Assembly: GCA_951406725.2 (NCBI GenBank)
Contig: OX597817.1
Span: 105,152,001-105,216,000, forward strand
Source: Octopus vulgaris
Lineage: Eukaryota
DNA length: 64,000 nt
Reading direction: 5' to 3'
Shown here in pieces: positions 57,009-64,000 of the stretch. The notes under the pieces were generated by a model. The model saw only the letters and a program-made list of their open reading frames with translations, did not search any database and was not told where the DNA came from. Within the stretch, counting starts at the first letter, position 1. Each line of letters opens with the position of its first letter. Position numbers and translations under genes: made by a program.

Positions 57009-58015
57009 GATGCCAAAATTTCAAGCTAATAAAGGATCTATACATATTTTCTCATGTTTTTTATTTGATTTTCCAAATCAGTATTCGTTTTTAGGTGTTT
57101 TTTTAAAATAAAGTTTTATACTAATAATAGTTAAAGTTTTATTTTATTAAATATGATCACTGAGACTGATGTAAAATCTGATAAAGCGACTGAAGTCAAA
57201 GTTATTTTATTTCCATTAATTTCTTTCAAAAAAAAAAAGGAAGACAGAAAAGAAAAAACATATAAAATCGAAAAAGACGTAACTCGAAACTACATAAGTT
57301 GAGGTATGCCTGCATTTGAAAGTATTTTAGGCAATTTAAAAGATTTTTCAACAAGAATCAGATTTGATCTGCCTTGTACTCAAACTGGGTCCAACACAAA
57401 AGCTCCTTTGTGTTTAGCTGTCCTTTGCATACAGTGCAACTCCCAAGTTTCATTCTGTGTTGCAATGCTATATATATTTACTTTTAATTGGAAAACTGAC
57501 AGAATTTGATATTGACAAATACAATCCAGCTTCTTTGTTGCAGAAATCTTTAGCCAGTGGAACCATTTAGAATGATTCTTAGCTTCTTAGAATCATTGGT
57601 TTCACTCTTATAACTCTTCGTTCATACTCAAGGTCTTTCAGTATTTTTATTAAACAACATAGCGATATATATCACAAGAGAAATTGCATGTCGATGTTTG
57701 ATATTTTCCATCTTGGCTGCCCTTATTACCTTGGTCAAAACCTTCTACGACTGTTAATCGATTAAAACCGTAAAGTTGAACGATTTTCGATTCAACTTTC
57801 CACGTTGATAGCGGCCGATAACTTGCTCTCGTGTATCATCATCGATATATTTTGTTTCCAGTGGTTGTTTGCATTGTTGCATTTTACCAAAGTAAAGTTG
57901 TGATTAAACTGAAAACACAGCTAAATTGTTTTCGTATCTACCAAGAATGGAAGATGTGTCAAATTTAGAAGAAAGTAAGAAAAATGGAATCTCAACAAGT
58001 GGCCACTACACACAC

Positions 58016-58919
<904 letters not shown>

Positions 58920-59022
58920 CGTGCATGTGTGTACATTTATATGTACATATGTTTGAATATGTACGTAAGCATGCATATACGTATACAACATATACATGTG
59001 TATAATATATATATATATATAT

Positions 59023-59965
<943 letters not shown>

Positions 59966-60055
59966 ATGTATATATAAACACATTTGCACACATGCACGCT
60001 TACACACACGTTCATATATACATAGATACTAACACGCATGCACATGCACACACGC

Positions 60056-60106
<51 letters not shown>

Positions 60107-60559
60107 CATCTTCTTCCGTTTATAAAACATTATTTCTGAATACAGGAATCGTCCACATTACCGGAGTAATGAGTTCCTGGAATCTTATCATAGCGCGTGA
60201 CCAAATCTCGTGACTCGAAATTAATTCTCCCATTGATCTTCATATTATAAACTGATGAATGTGTTCCGGCGGATGTTTTTCGAAAGAAGAAAAATTAAGA
60301 AATAAACAAGCAACAGGTCCGCTTTTATGCATGAAAATAACAACTTGCACAGTACAATACGCATAGAAAAAAATATTTGAAAGGAAATATGTAAAGGAAT
60401 AAATATGAATCGTAATATTGTTACAAAGTACGCTCTTGCCACAAAGGATGCTGACTTAGAGGTGGTGGTGGTGGTAGTGGTGGAATGAATGTTTTTGGGA
60501 CGGTGTTTTAATGTTTATGGCGCATCATCCTTTTCCCAGCTCAGTGTAAGAAGCTGAAT

Positions 60560-61800
60560 TCATTATAAACCCCTCTTGTACTTCTAATGATACGTTCACG
60601 GATAAAATTGTAATCAGCTAAAACTTACAGACCTTCGCCTATCAGTGCCAAGTCAAAAGCAATATCCTTGCAGCTCCTCAAACTTTCTCTTTGAAACACA
60701 AGCAACTCAACCATAGCATCTTCTATGACTCCTTCAAATCCTACATCTTTCTGAAATTGTTACTATTTCCGAATTTGATGTAGAGTTCCTGCTTGTAGAA
60801 AACTTGTGAAGTCTGGTGATATCTTTTCAAGTAGCATACAAAATGGAGTTTCACTTGACTCAATGACTCAGATATGCTACCTACAACATCCATCACGTTG
60901 AACTTTCTAATTGTATAACCTTCTTGTCAATTGCCTTCATAACTTGTTTGAGAGTACTTCACAGATAATATGCATTGAAGTTAGCTATCACAGCTTAATC
61001 CATTGGCTGGACCAAAGAAGTTGTATCATTGAGTATATATATTATCGTCACATTATTAGAAACTTCATAGCTTGGTGCATTGTCTAAAAAGAGAAATACT
61101 TTGTTGGAAATATCGTACCTCTTTGAAAAGATCATTAATCATCCATGCCTTATTTAAAGGTTATGTTAGAAGGAAATAAAACTTGTTGACTTTATTCTCA
61201 AAAATTAAAAATTATAATATGCATGAACTTGTAGAATCATGCAGTTTCACCAACATGGTATATTCGCTCCGGTGTGAAATTTCGTCCAGCACTCATTTTT
61301 TTTCGGATGCTCAGAATAATTAGCGGTAGCTTTGTATCAGCACTGGCAGCTTCACTATGTCGTGTAAATTAAATCCCTTCTTAAAACTTTCATACTATCT
61401 TTTGCTAGCCTTAACTGTCGAGAAAAGGTTCTCCATAAAAAGTTTCGCCTTCCCTTTTCTGCAAATTGTCATATAAACTTTGGCCTTTCTTTGTTATATT
61501 ACCATTGTGCATATCAGCACATTATATCGTATCTGACCCTCTGTCAATACATCCAAGAGCCGTCCTATTCTAAACATCACATTATCTGAATGACAAAATA
61601 TGACCCTAGCGGTTAACGGAGTAACTCCTTGAATATTTCATTTATTTTTTTTCTCTGTATTGACCGAGGGTCAGACTCGATATAATGTGCCGATATGCAC
61701 GATGGTAACATAGTAAAGAAAGGCCAAAGTTTATATGACAATTTGCAGAAAAGGGTAGGTGACCTTTTATTCCTACTGTAGATGTTACACACTTTAATGT
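60560..61800 (-). mobile_element. Decayed Tigger/pogo transposon with an internal inverted duplication
   Basis: KVFLFLDNAPSY, DTTSLVQPMD*AVIANFNAYYL, KASKR*YESFKK and SEAASAD. Confidence 0.88.
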
Positions 61801-62197
61801 TGTTATTTTTCTCCTGATTTTTTAAAACATCAATATTCTATGTAATTCATTTACAGTTCCTTTACACGCTATTATCTTTAGTTCCACTAGATTCCTGCTT
61901 CCCACACATCCTGAATAGTAGATAAATTCAACAGCAGCGTTGATCAACGCCTGCCCACAATAAATATGTAGTAAAAAGAAATAGCAGCGGAAAGAACTGT
62001 TTTGTGAGAGCAAATGATTGTAATATTCATGGAGATGTAAAATTGAAAATGAGAAGTTGGAAGGATGATGGAATGAGATGAGATGAAGTACATACAGTGT
62101 GATTAGAGTTAATCGAAGGATTACCAGGTTTATAGGCACGTCGCTCTTGCACCTCTGACTTGAGCCATAAAAGCTCAACACTCTACTCACAAGCATA

Positions 62198-62216
62198 GGC
62201 ACGCACGCACGCGCAT

Positions 62217-62308
<92 letters not shown>

Positions 62309-62352
62309 GCACACACATACACACACACACACACACACTCAAGCACACACGT
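62198..62352. repeat. (CA)n microsatellite
   Basis: Directly visible. Confidence 0.98.
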
Positions 62353-62566
62353 GTACCATTGTGTTCTGACATTCAAATATACTTAGCTGCAGACGTTGCT
62401 GTCATACTAATACTATCATAGTTGCTGCCAGTTGGTTTTTCAAAATTTGGTGGGTGAGCAGTTATGGTAGTATTGGTTGCATTGGCTTTGATGTTGGCAA
62501 TAGTAGTGGCGGTGACGGTGGGGCATTGTTGTTGTGGTGGCCATCTTGTTCTTGTTAATTATATTG

Positions 62567-62598
<32 letters not shown>

Positions 62599-63219
62599 GC
62601 TTAGTTTCAAATCAAACTTCATTGACCAAAAGTCAAAACTGTTTCATTCATCTTTTAAAATACACCAGAGAATCATGTTATCTCGTGTAACTACTTTCTT
62701 TCTTTATTTGAGATGGTATTGCTTATCTTGTTTATACTATTTATGTTGTGGATCATTAAAGAGTTGTGGGTGTTGTAGTGGTAGTGATTATACTGGTATT
62801 GGTGTTGACGCTGGTTGTATTGGTGTCCACGGTAGATAATGGCGCTGTAAAGTATATAGTGCCTGTGGCCGGCTTTTGGCGATCACTACTATATTTTGGA
62901 CCCTATGCCAAGGAAAGTGTTTGGATATGTTCTCTCTTGCGATGAGTGAATAGTATTAACATCCGGTATAGAAATTTGAACCCCAGTAGCTTTGAAATTA
63001 GACACCTAACAGCTTGAATATATCCAAACACCTCCCTAAGGTATTTGGATATATACAAACCGAAGACAGTTAGGATAGTTCTAATTATTTTAAATGTAAA
63101 GTATCAAAATCTATCTAATTAAGAATGGGAATTAATATAAGTAAAGGGCATTTAAAAGTAATAATTTGAGCTCGTAATCGGAGCTTATAAATAAATAAAT
63201 GAATAAATTATAACAGGAT

Positions 63220-63335
63220 TGGGTGTGGCTGTATTGTAAGAAATTTACTTACGAGGTTCCAGGTTCAGTCTTACTGCATGACACCTGAGGCAAGTGTCAT
63301 CTACTAGTGGAAACACAAAGAAGCGTATTGTGTAT
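63220..63335 (+). mobile_element. Degraded SINE fragment
   Basis: gtggctgtattgtaagaa..ggttccaggttcagtc..ggcaagtgtcatctacta. Confidence 0.55.
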
Positions 63336-64000
63336 ACATACATATATATATAAAGTAAAGCCTATTTGCCAACATAATGTGGCTGCCCCGAAAGGGACGA
63401 TGTTACTGTTGTTTTAACCCCAAGAAACATCGTTTCTTGCTGGCTATACTACACACTATCTGTGTCCTTATATTTTCGAACAGGGAGCTCAGCACTCCCA
63501 TCTAGCGTAAAACAACATCTGTGAACTAGTTTCTGGGTTATTGCTCTTTATCAACACAGAGTGGCTGCTTTGGTCAGATGGCGTCGCTGAATTCTATATG
63601 TTCGGACTATATGTTCGAACGGTGAATAAATAAAGTAAAATAAAATTACTTGTTTCCCAAAGGAAAAAAAGAAACTAAAAGGGGAGATGCAGTGAAAATG
63701 GTACACTCCTTCCCACGTGACATAGTCAGCCACTATAAAGTCAGACAGTTACTCGTTGTAGGAGGTCAGTAGTAGTAGTAGAGTCGTTGTACGAGTTCTC
63801 AGCGGGAGTCAGCGTCAGTTACGTGATATTTACGAGTTTGAGTTACCGTCAAGGTAGACGTTGCAAGTCGTTGTCTTGCAGAGCTATCAGCGATAGCACG
63901 AGGGAGGAGTCAAAAATAATAAGACGCGGAATACCGCCACAACATAATAGTGGCAACAAGAATATTATAGTGCCGACGACAACATACAAGTGGATGAAGA

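Noticed and set aside
57300-57920. Decayed pogo/mariner-like fragment on the - strand
   Set aside because: Only vague peptide resemblance; no diagnostic motif.

Overview
AT-rich, microsatellite-saturated eukaryotic non-coding DNA. The repeat repertoire (tRNA-Arg SINE, abundant 'ggcgagctggcagaatcgttagc' SINE, dense (TA)n/(CA)n/(TATG)n) looks like an octopus or other coleoid cephalopod; this is inference. No host protein-coding gene is supportable, and almost all listed ORFs are microsatellite or antisense-TE artefacts. The window is a mosaic of decayed transposons: five R4/Dong-like restriction-endonuclease LINE copies (all on the - strand), a HERO-like LINE 3' end, Tx1/L1 and RTE fragments, six mariners, a maT-like element, a Tigger, many SINEs, and Penelope-like elements (PLEs) inserted in (TA)n. 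The most notable signal is a set of hammerhead ribozymes (HHRs). Several are type I HHRs in PLE-derived fold-back elements (8.6-11.2 kb, 51.7 kb), and one may have a G3:C8-swapped core. A near-complete HHR at 59670-59740 has its three strands in a non-circularly-permuted order, and a decayed motif of the same topology lies in the HERO-like 3' UTR. At least nine long inverted repeats are present. All structures were folded by eye, and coordinates of decayed elements are approximate.
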